NCBI GenBank assembly: GCA_024413635.1
Contig: JAKSTT010000001.1
Location: 8,433 to 72,432, forward strand
Reading direction: 5' to 3'
DNA from: Treponemataceae bacterium
GTDB lineage: Bacteria; Spirochaetota; Spirochaetia; Treponematales; Treponemataceae
Length of the DNA stretch: 64,000 bases
In this document: in pieces, positions 1 to 9,603 of the stretch
How positions within the stretch are numbered: the stretch's first letter is position 1
Layout: each line of letters opens with the position of its first letter
Translations under genes and position numbers: made by a program
The notes under the pieces: model-generated
Told to the model about the DNA's origin: nothing
The model's input: the letters and a program-made list of their open reading frames with translations, nothing else
Database searches by the model: none

Positions 1-5
1 CGCTG

Positions 6-794
6 ATGGCTGGAATGGACGCCATACCGGTTCTGTATGAAGACGACAGCCTGCTGGTTGCAGTAAAACCTGCAGGGGTTCCTACTGCGCCGCTGAAAGC
101 TCTTTCCGGCATTGGTTCAGAACCGGAAAGCCTTCTGGAAGCAGTGTCCCGCACCTGTCCGGCAGTGCTTTCTGTTCATGGTAAAAAAGAGGTAGAAGGA
201 GGGCTGCTGCACCGTATTGATACGGCAACAACCGGTCTGGTACTCATTGCAAAATCCCAGCAGGCCTATGATGCCCTTTCTGCAGAGCAGGATGCCGGAC
301 GGTTTATGAAAACCTATACGGCAGTGTGTTATGCAAACCGGCCGCTGCCTCAGGCTCCCTTTACCGTACAGAGCCTTTTCCGGCCCTTTGGAGCAGGGAG
401 CCGCGGTGTAAAACCGGTGTTTGCGGAAAGTGGCCGTGCTGACCGGAAAAAAGCAGGAAGCCGGGAATACGTAACGGAAGTTCTGTCGGTAACGGCACTT
501 CCGGAAACCGGCGGGGAAAATCAGCTGTTTCTGGTAACGGCGCAGATCACTGCAGGGTACCGGCATCAGGTCCGCACCCATCTGGCATCTGCCGGACTTC
601 CGGTTCTGGGAGATCCTCTGTATCCGGCCATCTGGACTTCGGAATCCGGTACCGTTTCCGGCGCCGGCTCTGGTCTGCCCCTCTATTTTTATGCTTCAGG
701 ACTCAGTGTTACCCATCCGGTAACCGGTAAACTTTTTACCGTAACTCTTCCAGAATCTTTTTTGTTTCCGCTACCAGATAAAAACTGCCGGTAA
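6..794 (+). CDS. RluA-family pseudouridine synthase
   Basis: 262-aa ORF. HRIDTATTGLVL (catalytic Asp motif) and GYRHQVRTHLASAGLPVLGDPLY are RluA-family signatures. No S4 domain. The 3' end overlaps convergent folC by 59 nt. Confidence 0.8.
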   Translation: MAGMDAIPVLYEDDSLLVAVKPAGVPTAPLKALSGIGSEPESLLEAVSRTCPAVLSVHGKKEVEGGLLHRIDTATTGLVLIAKSQQAYDALSAEQDAGRFMKTYTAVCYANRPLPQAPFTVQSLFRPFGAGSRGVKPVFAESGRADRKKAGSREYVTEVLSVTALPETGGENQLFLVTAQITAGYRHQVRTHLASAGLPVLGDPLYPAIWTSESGTVSGAGSGLPLYFYASGLSVTHPVTGKLFTVTLPESFLFPLPDKNCR

Positions 795-2163
795 CCAGCA
801 GGGGCGCATGGGCTTCAGCCGCAGCAGCTATGGCTTTCCTGATGGTTTCTGCATAGTCAGCCGAGCAGTACAGGGTCGGTGTACGCTTACCCGCTTTCAG
901 CATATCAGCCGTTTCTTTCAGCGTAACCTGGTACAGGTGCTCCACATCAGAAGATTTCAGTTCACCCGGCCGGGTCAGGGTTACCTGGCTGAACAGTTCC
1001 GGTGATAACAGTTCATGAACCATGATGGCATCGTTTTTGTCCCTGGCACAGGCAAACAGCAGGTGCGGTTCCGGCATGACCTCTTTGTCACCGGCCAGCA
1101 GCGACTGCAGGGTTTCAAGGGTATTCTGGATACTGTTGGCCGTGTGGGCACCATCAAGAATAAGGGTGGTTCCGGTGCCGGTGGCCGTCAGTTCAAAGCG
1201 GCCGGGAAGCAGTGCCTGCTCCAGTCCTTTTTCTATCTGTTCTTCGGTTATGTCAGGTACCAGGCATTTTGCGGTGTAGGCGGCCAGTGCGGCGTTTTCT
1301 GCCTGCACTTTTCCCATAAGGTGCAGGTATGCCGTAATGGGGCGGGTAAAGAGCGGCGATTTGAAACTGATGGTGGTTTTCATGCCCCGGGATGCTGCCT
1401 CCAGTGAGGTTGGCAGTTCCCACTGGAGGGATTCGGTGACATCTTCAATGAAGGTAATGGGGGCATGGAGTTTTTCAGCCTGGGTCTTGAAAACGTTTTT
1501 TACGGATTCTCCACCGGTGTGCTGAAAACTGACTATGGCAGGGGTATCAGGTTTGATGATTCCGGCTTTTTCTCCGGCAATCTTTTCCAGGGTATCGCCC
1601 AGAAATTCCACATGTTCCAGTTCAATGGGGGTAAGGACTGTTGCCCGTGGGTGTACCACGTTGGTGGCATCAAGACGGCCACCCAGTCCGGTTTCAAATA
1701 CTGCCCAGTCCAGTTTTGCCTGCCGGAAGCAGAGAAAACTGAATACGGTGATAAGTTCAAACCAGGTTAAATCACGCTGGCCGGGAAGCGTTTCCGGAAT
1801 AATGGCGTCTACCCGGTGGCACATTTCGCGGACTGCGGCTTCATATACGGCTTCCGGCAGGGGACCGTGGGCACGGCCGATGCGTTCTGCAAGGCTGATG
1901 ATATGGGGGCTGGTATAGAGCCCGGTAGGATAGCCTGCTGCTTCCAGAATGGAGCTGATCATGGCCGATACACTGCCTTTCCCTTTGCTGCCGGCAACGT
2001 GTACACAGGGAATGTCATCCTGGGGATTGTTGAACAGGCGGCAGAGAAATTCTACGGTGTCCAGCCAGAAAATGTCCTTTTTGGGCAGCCGTTCAAAATT
2101 CAGGTAATTGTCCAGCCATTCTTCAAACCAGGTGAGGGCTGGAATATCAGTCGTATTGGTCAT
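736..2163 (-). CDS. folC: Folylpolyglutamate synthase / dihydrofolate synthase
   Basis: Mur-ligase P-loop VAGSKGKGSV, ETGLGGRLDATNV, and C-terminal GSFYLVAE. The ORF track starts at 2211, but that ATG lies in the loop of a 9-bp hairpin. ATG 2163 (MTNTTDIPALTWFEEWL) looks like a normal FolC N-terminus. Start uncertain. Confidence 0.8.
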   Translation of the reverse strand: MTNTTDIPALTWFEEWLDNYLNFERLPKKDIFWLDTVEFLCRLFNNPQDDIPCVHVAGSKGKGSVSAMISSILEAAGYPTGLYTSPHIISLAERIGRAHGPLPEAVYEAAVREMCHRVDAIIPETLPGQRDLTWFELITVFSFLCFRQAKLDWAVFETGLGGRLDATNVVHPRATVLTPIELEHVEFLGDTLEKIAGEKAGIIKPDTPAIVSFQHTGGESVKNVFKTQAEKLHAPITFIEDVTESLQWELPTSLEAASRGMKTTISFKSPLFTRPITAYLHLMGKVQAENAALAAYTAKCLVPDITEEQIEKGLEQALLPGRFELTATGTGTTLILDGAHTANSIQNTLETLQSLLAGDKEVMPEPHLLFACARDKNDAIMVHELLSPELFSQVTLTRPGELKSSDVEHLYQVTLKETADMLKAGKRTPTLYCSADYAETIRKAIAAAAEAHAPLLVTGSFYLVAETKKILEELR

Positions 2164-2223
2164 GGGGCCAATTATACTGTTTTTGGATGTTTTGGGTAGT
2201 GCATATCGCACTACCCGGTTGGT

Positions 2224-2577
2224 TCAGTCCTTTTTGCTGAAGAACTGGTCAAAGTCTTCGTCACTGCGGCGGCGGCTTTCATCAGCATATGTGTTCCGTG
2301 CTGATTCATGATAACCGTCATCGGCCCAACGGCTGCCACGTTCATTGGCATTGCGCCAGTTCCGGTTTTCCCAGTAACGGTCGTCATCTGCATAGGGGCG
2401 TCCCGGGATAATGATGGCAGCTACCAGGTACACCAGTACACCGGTACCAAAGCTGCAAACTGTCAGGATAACCATCAGCAGCCGGATTACCACCGGATCG
2501 ATGTTGAAAAAGTCACCGATGCCGCTGCATACGCCAAAAATCATGCCATCGTTTGATTTGTATAATCTTCTTCTCAT
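2224..2577 (-). CDS. PspC-domain membrane protein
   Basis: N-terminal MIFGVCSGIGDFFNIDPVVIRLLMVILTV is a PspC domain, followed by one TM helix and a charged tail. Confidence 0.75.
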   Translation of the reverse strand: MRRRLYKSNDGMIFGVCSGIGDFFNIDPVVIRLLMVILTVCSFGTGVLVYLVAAIIIPGRPYADDDRYWENRNWRNANERGSRWADDGYHESARNTYADESRRRSDEDFDQFFSKKD

Positions 2578-2596
2578 TGTTGTACTCTCCTTATCC

Positions 2597-3613
2597 TCAG
2601 CCGATTGTAATGTCGATTTTTCCGCAGTTTACGTCTGCCAGAATATCATTTGCCTTTTCACCGGAAGTATAGTCGTCGGCAAAGGCCTTGTGTTTCTCAC
2701 CGTTTACCGTTACGGAACCCATATTGATGTCTTCTGTCAGGCTGTAGTCACGTACTGAACCGGTGGTTTCAAAAGTGATGCTGCCGGCGTTGCAGTCCAG
2801 AAGTGTTTTCCCGCGGAAGGTACCTTTTACGGAAACACTACCGGCGTTACAGTCAATTTTTGTCTTGTCACTGGTAACACCCTGTACTTTTACGTCACCG
2901 GCATTGATTTCAACACCAAAACGGCCGGCAGTAACGGAAAGGTTTTCTGCACGGATTGCACCGGCACTCATCTCAATGACAAAGCTTTCCAGCCGCAGGT
3001 TTTCCGGCAGTTCAACAAGAATACGGGGCGTATTCATGCCAAAAGGGAACCCTGTGCGTTTCCGGAAGAACATCCGTGCTTCTTTCAGATTGTTCTTGAT
3101 GCGGAGTGTACCGTTGTCCAGGTCAAACTTCATGCCAAAGCCACGGGGCCCCCGTCCTTCTGCAATGATTTCATTTCCCTTTGCAGGAATGATGACTACC
3201 TCTGCCATATTGCAGTCCAGTTCCAGTTTCTGTACGCCGGCACTTTTTACAATGAAGGGTCCGGTTGCCACACGGGCGTTTTCAGCGTAGGCTCTCCGGC
3301 CTTTGAAGTACTCTCCGTCTTCTTCAAAACCTTCAGGACGCTGTTCCTTTTTGTAGTCGTACCGTTTTCCGGTGGTAGCCGGTACGGAAGCAAATTTATC
3401 CTTGATTTCTGCAGCCAGCTGATCCGGTGTGCCCAGATCCTTGATGATGGCTTCCATCAGTTCATCTTCTGTTTTGCCTTCGCTCATTTCTTCTGCGGCA
3501 GCCAGTGCGTCATCAAAATACTGGGTATAGTAGTCCAGTGCTTCGTCCTGTTCTTCAACAGGCAGTGTTTTTATCAGTTTTTTCAGATCTTTCAGATATT
3601 CCTTACTGGTCAT
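2597..3613 (-). CDS. DUF1700-like N-terminal helical domain fused to DUF4097-like beta-repeat (putative adhesin fold) protein
   Basis: N-terminus KEYLKDLKKLIKTLPVEEQDEALDYYTQYFDD is DUF1700-like. The C-terminal half contains repeats EINAGDVKVQG, DCNAGSVSVKG, DCNAGSITFE and DVNCGKIDITIG. The start overlaps the padR stop by 11 nt. Confidence 0.6.
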   Translation of the reverse strand: MTSKEYLKDLKKLIKTLPVEEQDEALDYYTQYFDDALAAAEEMSEGKTEDELMEAIIKDLGTPDQLAAEIKDKFASVPATTGKRYDYKKEQRPEGFEEDGEYFKGRRAYAENARVATGPFIVKSAGVQKLELDCNMAEVVIIPAKGNEIIAEGRGPRGFGMKFDLDNGTLRIKNNLKEARMFFRKRTGFPFGMNTPRILVELPENLRLESFVIEMSAGAIRAENLSVTAGRFGVEINAGDVKVQGVTSDKTKIDCNAGSVSVKGTFRGKTLLDCNAGSITFETTGSVRDYSLTEDINMGSVTVNGEKHKAFADDYTSGEKANDILADVNCGKIDITIG

Positions 3614-3923
3614 GTGATCCTCCCATCAGTGTAGAATCAATTATCTTGCGGGTATCAATCCACTCCCGCCGGTACTCGTCCAAACGGATCATGCCGTTGG
3701 ATGTAATTTTGTAGTAGCGTCTGTTTCTTCCGGAAACGGCTTCATCTCGTGTTTCAAGAAGTCCGTCTTTCAAAAGGCGGCGTAACACCGGATACAAGGT
3801 ACTTTCAGAAACCGGAATGACATTCTGAACATCCTGGGTAATCTTGTAACCATAGGTTTCTTCCAGGGAAACAACTGAGAGTACCACTGCGTCCAGAAGT
3901 CCGGCGCTTGGGGTAAACAGCAT
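3603..3923 (-). CDS. PadR-family transcriptional regulator
   Basis: Winged-helix core GYKITQDV...STLYPVLRRLLKDGLLE...RRYYKITSNG. Start trimmed to ATG 3923, which is preceded by GGAGG. Confidence 0.85.
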   Translation of the reverse strand: MLFTPSAGLLDAVVLSVVSLEETYGYKITQDVQNVIPVSESTLYPVLRRLLKDGLLETRDEAVSGRNRRYYKITSNGMIRLDEYRREWIDTRKIIDSTLMGGSHDQ

Positions 3924-4051
3924 GTAACCTCCTAGATGTAATATCATGTCGACACTGATAATATAGCGCGTATAATATGCGTACGTCAACAATATTGTGA
4001 AAATTCTGAAAAAAAAGTGCAGGATACTGATGGGGCGTCGGGTGAATATCT

Positions 4052-7000
4052 CTACAGCAGTTCCCGTATGGCTTTGACGATGGTCTCCACATCAATGGGT
4101 TTGGTGACGTGGCCGTTCATACCGGATTCCAGCGCCATTTTACGGTCTTCCTTAAAGACGTTTGCGGTCATGGCGATAATCGGTATTTCAGCCTTCTTTT
4201 TAGATTTCAGGTTTCTGATGCAGCGGGTTGCCGTGTAGCCATCCATCTCAGGCATCTGGATATCCATCAGCACCACGTCCCAGGTTCCCGGTTTAGCTTC
4301 CTGTATCCGTTCTACTGCCTGGCGGCCATCAGTAACCGAGTCCAGGATTGCCCCCGTTTCAGACAGCAGGTCGATGGCGATTTCCCGGTTCATGATATTG
4401 TCTTCTACCAGAAGTATTTTCACTCCCTTCAGGTTCAGGTCGTCAGCATCGGCCCGCGATGAACTGGGTGCCATGCCCGCCATCAGGTTCAGTATTTCTT
4501 CCGGAGGTTCTGCGTAGGGCAGGTCAATGTCGATGGTAAAGGTGGTGCCTTTTCCTTCTTCGCTTTCTACAGTAATGGATCCGTGCATCAGGTCAACCAG
4601 ATTCTTGCAGATGGACATGCCAAGCCCGGTGCCCTGAATACCGCTGACGGTGGTGGTCCGTGCCCGTTCAAAGGGTTCAAAGAGGTGTTCCTTGAATTCA
4701 GTACTCATACCGATACCGGTATCTGCAATGACAAAACGGTACCGTCCGCTGGTTTCTGAAGCTCCCTCTGTCTGTGAAACGTTCAGACTCACGTGTCCGC
4801 CTTCCGGCGTAAATTTCAGGGAGTTACTGAGGCAGTTGGTCAGAATCTGTGACAGATGGGTACGGTCACCAATGACAAAATCGTTATGGATGTTGGAAAT
4901 ATCACAGGTAAACAGCAGTTTGTTGGCTACGGCCTGCTGTTCAACAATGTTCCGGATGGTAATGACTGTTTCTGACACTGACATGGTATCTTCTGTCAGG
5001 GTCAGTTTGCCCGATTCAATACGGCTCATATCCAGGACGTCGTTTATCAGTGAAAGCAGGTATTTACCGCTGATTTCTATTTTTGCCAGGTACTCAGACA
5101 TTTTTTCATGCTGGGTTATGTGGTTCTGTGCCATGGTGGCGTATCCGATGATGGCGTTCATCGGCGTCCGGATATCATGGCTCATGTTGTTGAGGAATAC
5201 GGTTTTTGCGCGGCTGGCCCGTTCTGCATCCTTCAGGGCTTTCAAAAGTTTCTGTTTCTGGTCTTCTTCGGCCTTTTTTTCTACGGTAATGTCATAGGCA
5301 GAGCAGAAACACATGACATGACCGTTTTCCGGGTTTTCAGAAAGCAGCGGCCGCATACGCAGGTAGGTGTCCGTATCCGGCAGGTACACTTCCAGGTTGT
5401 CGGTTGCCATCCCGGATCGGAACATTTTTTCTATTTCGCCGCTGATAAAGGTTTTCTCGCCGCCGGGCGTAAGAACCTGTACCTGGTTGTCGGCCAGAAA
5501 ACGCTTACTCTGCTCATCAAAGGGTGCGGGAACGGTATAGCCCATGGCAGCAAGGACACTGGAGCCGTCCGGCATGACAATGTCCTCAATGATTTTTCCT
5601 TCGGTAATATCAGAAACCACATTGAATACGGCATTTTTCGTTATGGCGCCGCGGAACAGCAGCTGTTCCTGTTTCAGGCGCTGGCTTGACAGTTCCTGGT
5701 CCGTAATGTCCTGGAAAAAACAGTAGAGCAGGGCTTCATCACCTTCATGAAAGGATACGATGTGGCCGTAATCGGTAACCCACATTTCGTGTCCGTCCTT
5801 GTGGCGGATGCGGTATTTCAGGTTATGTTCGCCGGTGGTTTTCAACTGGTGGGTAACTTCACGGTCAATACGTTCCCGGTCAATCTCAAGTACATTATTC
5901 ATGGCAAGCTTACCGGTGGAACTGAGCAGCTCAAGTGGCGTGTACCCCTGAATTTTTGCAACGCTGTCGCTGATATACAGATAGGGAAATCCCGGCTCGT
6001 TCTTGCAGATTACCAGTCCGCCCTTAATACTTCCCAGTACGGCAGAAAGCCGTTCCGTCAGGTCTTTCTGCTGGACAGCAAGACGTTTCTGCGCCTTTTC
6101 CAGACGGTTCAGGTTGCGCTCTTTCAGCAGATACAGGGAAATCATGTTGGCCAGATATGCCAGGGCCTGCTGCTCATCACTGTTTTCAAGCCACTCGGGA
6201 CGGGCTCTTTTGCAGTCATCAACGCCAATGAATCCGGCGTATTCACCGCGGTCAAAAATTCCAAACTGCATGAATGCCTTAACGCCGGACTGAAGGTAAT
6301 AGTCCCGGTAGACAGCATTCATTCTGGTCACATCAGGGGTACAGTGGATAGGTGATTGTTCAAAAAAGCAGTCATCTGAAATCTCTGCATATGACTTATG
6401 CTTCATCTGTTCCTTCAGGAATGATACTCCCGGGGCTGCCCATCCGAAGGTACAGTGCAGCAGGTCTTTATGATGGATTTCCGGCTCAAAAATATACACC
6501 CGGCTCACATCCAGCAGTTTACCCATGTATGCCAGTACACTTTCAATACCTTTGCCGGAATCACCAGCCTTCATAAGGATGTCAGAAATATCCTTGTACA
6601 CCTGTTTCCGTTTTACGGAAAAACCGTTATCTGAAGCGGTAACCGGGATGCAGATGCCGGCTGCATGCTGGGTTAGTGCTCCGTTCCGGTCAGTCAGGAT
6701 ATGCATTTTTACCCGGTATGCCTGGGGCCTGCCTGTGGAAAGCAGCAGTGAAACGGTGCCTTCGGCTTCTTTTTTGCCCTGCATGATTTCCTCATGAATC
6801 CTGATCAGTTCATCCCGGGTTGACGATGTGATACGGCCACTGTTGGCAAGTCCGTAAGGGGTCGGAATGGCGGTGCTGGCATGATACCACTGGGCTGCAG
6901 TTTCTTCGGTGATATATGAAATCTGCTGTTCCCTGTTGAAGATAAAGGGGATGGAATCTGGGGTAGGGGCTGTCAGCTGTACTGCCTGCAGCAGGGTATG

Positions 7001-7054
7001 GACCGGATTATCATGCATATCATACAGTGTACCACGGTCCGGAAAAAGGAACAT
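4052..7054 (-). CDS. Hybrid sensor histidine kinase / response regulator (cytoplasmic; GAF/PAS-like sensor region)
   Basis: H-box MSHDIRTPMNAIIGYA. ATP-lid motifs DTGIGMS and GTGLGMSICK. C-terminal receiver ILLVEDNIMNREI...DVVLMDIQMPEMDG...KP. The first ~600 aa have no obvious TM helix and look GAF/PAS-like. Confidence 0.85.
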   Translation of the reverse strand: MFLFPDRGTLYDMHDNPVHTLLQAVQLTAPTPDSIPFIFNREQQISYITEETAAQWYHASTAIPTPYGLANSGRITSSTRDELIRIHEEIMQGKKEAEGTVSLLLSTGRPQAYRVKMHILTDRNGALTQHAAGICIPVTASDNGFSVKRKQVYKDISDILMKAGDSGKGIESVLAYMGKLLDVSRVYIFEPEIHHKDLLHCTFGWAAPGVSFLKEQMKHKSYAEISDDCFFEQSPIHCTPDVTRMNAVYRDYYLQSGVKAFMQFGIFDRGEYAGFIGVDDCKRARPEWLENSDEQQALAYLANMISLYLLKERNLNRLEKAQKRLAVQQKDLTERLSAVLGSIKGGLVICKNEPGFPYLYISDSVAKIQGYTPLELLSSTGKLAMNNVLEIDRERIDREVTHQLKTTGEHNLKYRIRHKDGHEMWVTDYGHIVSFHEGDEALLYCFFQDITDQELSSQRLKQEQLLFRGAITKNAVFNVVSDITEGKIIEDIVMPDGSSVLAAMGYTVPAPFDEQSKRFLADNQVQVLTPGGEKTFISGEIEKMFRSGMATDNLEVYLPDTDTYLRMRPLLSENPENGHVMCFCSAYDITVEKKAEEDQKQKLLKALKDAERASRAKTVFLNNMSHDIRTPMNAIIGYATMAQNHITQHEKMSEYLAKIEISGKYLLSLINDVLDMSRIESGKLTLTEDTMSVSETVITIRNIVEQQAVANKLLFTCDISNIHNDFVIGDRTHLSQILTNCLSNSLKFTPEGGHVSLNVSQTEGASETSGRYRFVIADTGIGMSTEFKEHLFEPFERARTTTVSGIQGTGLGMSICKNLVDLMHGSITVESEEGKGTTFTIDIDLPYAEPPEEILNLMAGMAPSSSRADADDLNLKGVKILLVEDNIMNREIAIDLLSETGAILDSVTDGRQAVERIQEAKPGTWDVVLMDIQMPEMDGYTATRCIRNLKSKKKAEIPIIAMTANVFKEDRKMALESGMNGHVTKPIDVETIVKAIRELL

Positions 7055-7089
7055 TGAAATAGACCAACTAATAAGATAAAATTACGATT

Positions 7090-8580
7090 ATGAAAGAAAA
7101 TGAATCGATTCTTCCTGCTGATATGCAGGGATTTCCCATACATTTTGTCGGTATTAAAGGGACCGGCATGGCTGCCCTGGTAGAAATCTGCCACCGGCGT
7201 GGTGCAATCATTACCGGTAGTGATGTGGCCGACCGGTTTTATACGGATGCCATTCTTGAAAAACTGGGCATTGCGCCAAAACTGTTCAGTGAAGAAAACA
7301 TTACTGAAGCAGACCCCAAGCCCCAGCTGGTTATTTATTCTTCAGCCTATAAACTGGATGTAAATCCTGATCTGGTGGCAGCTCAGAAAGCAGGCATTCC
7401 CTGTATCCTGTATACCGAAGGCTTAGGAGAAGTCAGCCGGACTGCATACAGCGCCGGGATCTGTGGTGTTCACGGAAAAACCACTACCACCGGAATCTGC
7501 GGCACCCTCATCAGAAAAACTGCCCTTAACGCCCAGATTCTTGCCGGCAGCATCATCAAGTCATTTGGTGATACCTGTACCACCTGTAATGGTGATGCAA
7601 CTGCCAGGGACCATGTTTTTGTTGCAGAAACCTGTGAATACCAGCGTCACTTCATGGATTTCCATCCGCAGAAAATCCTGCTTACCAGCGTAGAAAGCGA
7701 CCATCAGGACTATTATCCCACCTATGGCGATATTCTTGATGCCTTTATCGATTACATCTGCCTGCTGCCGGAAAACGGCACCCTCATCTACTGTGCTGAT
7801 GACCCCGGCGCCTGTGAAGCTGCCAATGCAGCCCTTCTTGAACGGCCTGATATTACCATGATTCCGTATGGCGAATGGGCTCCCGGCGATTACGGCATTA
7901 CCTTCGGCAAGGTTATTGATGGCATGCAGCATTTTTCACTGTATGGATTTGAAGAAGATTTTGCCCTGCGGATTCCGGGCCATCACACAGTGCTTGATGC
8001 CGTTGGTGCACTTGCCCTGACCGTTGAACTGTGCAAGGCCCAGAAGGTTCCGGTTGATGTGAAAAAGCTTTCAGAAGGACTGCTGGACTATGCCGGTGCC
8101 AAGCGCCGCACGGAAATTGTAGGGCAGGGAACCATTGCTGATAACCATGTCATTGTGATCGATGACTATGGACATCATCCTACGGCCGTAAAGACAACCC
8201 TGGCCGGCTACCGCGACTTCTACAAAGACCGGGTGCTCATTGCAGACTTCATGAGCCACACCTATACCCGTACCAGCGCCCTGCTTGATGAGTTTGCTTC
8301 CAGCTTTGGCAGTGCCGATGAAGTTATTCTCCACAAGATTTTCGGCAGTGCCCGTGAAACCTATACCGGCGGTGTAACTGGCAAGACCCTTGCCGAAGAA
8401 ACGGCAAAACACCATAAAAACGTTCAGTACTTTGAAGAAATCCTTGATGCAAAAGACTATGTACTGAAACGGCTTTCCCAGCCGCTGCCGCAGGGTAAGA
8501 AAGGTTATCTCTTTGTTACCATGGGAGCCGGGGATAACTACAAACTGGGACTTGAAGTTCTGAAGGAGCTGAAGAAATGA
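7090..8580 (+). CDS. murC: UDP-N-acetylmuramate--L-alanine ligase
   Basis: N-terminal IHFVGIKGTGMAALVEI and Mur-ligase P-loop GVHGKTTTTG. 496 aa. Mpl cannot be excluded without alignment. Confidence 0.75.
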   Translation: MKENESILPADMQGFPIHFVGIKGTGMAALVEICHRRGAIITGSDVADRFYTDAILEKLGIAPKLFSEENITEADPKPQLVIYSSAYKLDVNPDLVAAQKAGIPCILYTEGLGEVSRTAYSAGICGVHGKTTTTGICGTLIRKTALNAQILAGSIIKSFGDTCTTCNGDATARDHVFVAETCEYQRHFMDFHPQKILLTSVESDHQDYYPTYGDILDAFIDYICLLPENGTLIYCADDPGACEAANAALLERPDITMIPYGEWAPGDYGITFGKVIDGMQHFSLYGFEEDFALRIPGHHTVLDAVGALALTVELCKAQKVPVDVKKLSEGLLDYAGAKRRTEIVGQGTIADNHVIVIDDYGHHPTAVKTTLAGYRDFYKDRVLIADFMSHTYTRTSALLDEFASSFGSADEVILHKIFGSARETYTGGVTGKTLAEETAKHHKNVQYFEEILDAKDYVLKRLSQPLPQGKKGYLFVTMGAGDNYKLGLEVLKELKK

Positions 8581-9458
8581 AAAGCATGACAGGCTATGCC
8601 TACAAAGAAGTAACTACGGAAGAAGCCTATGTTTCCGTTGAGTTCAAAAGCTGGAACAGCCGCTTTCTTGACCTGAACCTCAATATTCCGCCCTTTCTGG
8701 GCCGTCTGGAATCAGTTGTCCGGGAACAGGTGCAGAACAGTGTGCTCCGCGGTAAAGTTGACGTGAATATCCGGGTACGGCTTCTGAATGCTCCTGTAAC
8801 TGTAGAAATTGATGAAGCTGCAGCCCAGGCCTATCTTGATGCTTTTGAAAAACTGTATGCAAAGGTGCAGGGAAAGGAACGGTACGGCATCGGCAAAGGT
8901 TTTGTTACCGAGCTTGCACGCTGTGACGGCGTCATGACCCTGAACAAGAATATTGATCCTGATGAATACTGGCGTCACATTGAACCGGTATTTACCGCCG
9001 CACTGCATGATTTTATTGCTGACCGTGAACGGGAAGGGGCAAACCTGGCAAAAGACCTGCTTGAAAAACTTGCCAAAATTGAAGAATGCGAAAAACTGTT
9101 CAAGGACTGGATTCCCCAGATGGAGCAGCTGTTCAAGGACAACGTAAAAAAGCGTTTTGCAGAAGTGCTGGGCGATGCCGTGGATGAACAGCGGGTGCTG
9201 ACGGAAACTGCAGCACTGCTGGTAAAATACACCATTAACGAAGAAGTGGTGCGCCTGCAGAGCCATATTGACGCATTAAAGGCAGAAATGACACATAACG
9301 CCGCACCCGGCCGCAAAATAGACTTTATCTGTCAGGAAATGAACCGGGAAATCAACACCATCGGCAGTAAGAACCAGTTCATCGAAGTAGGCCAGGCCGT
9401 TATCGAAGCCAAAGACGCCCTGGAAAACATCCGTGAGCAGGCTAAGAACGTAGAATGA
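8577..9458 (+). CDS. yicC: YicC-family protein (stress-induced endoribonuclease family)
   Basis: Characteristic MKSMTGYA start and C-terminal DFICQEMNREINTIGSK motif. ATGA overlap with murC. Confidence 0.85.
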   Translation: MKSMTGYAYKEVTTEEAYVSVEFKSWNSRFLDLNLNIPPFLGRLESVVREQVQNSVLRGKVDVNIRVRLLNAPVTVEIDEAAAQAYLDAFEKLYAKVQGKERYGIGKGFVTELARCDGVMTLNKNIDPDEYWRHIEPVFTAALHDFIADREREGANLAKDLLEKLAKIEECEKLFKDWIPQMEQLFKDNVKKRFAEVLGDAVDEQRVLTETAALLVKYTINEEVVRLQSHIDALKAEMTHNAAPGRKIDFICQEMNREINTIGSKNQFIEVGQAVIEAKDALENIREQAKNVE

Positions 9459-9603
9459 GTCGGTGCATCGGCGTCCTGCCGATGCACCTTACCGGGTTTT
9501 GCCATGCAAAACCCGACTGCTCTTCGCCGGCGTCCGTGCCGGCAGAAAGGTTGCCGTAGGCGATTTTCCCCAGTCTGCCTCCCGATTTGTGGTAGTGTTC
9601 TCG

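Noticed and set aside
117-581. 154-aa antisense ORF inside the rluA-family gene
   Set aside because: It is embedded opposite a gene with clear family motifs. Its translation is Cys/Arg/Phe-rich low-quality sequence with no start context.
4650-6355. Three 190-215-aa + strand ORFs (4650-5297, 5108-5689, 5747-6355) opposite the hybrid kinase gene
   Set aside because: They overlap each other and the well-supported 1000-aa kinase ORF. No motifs are present. They are typical shadow ORFs.
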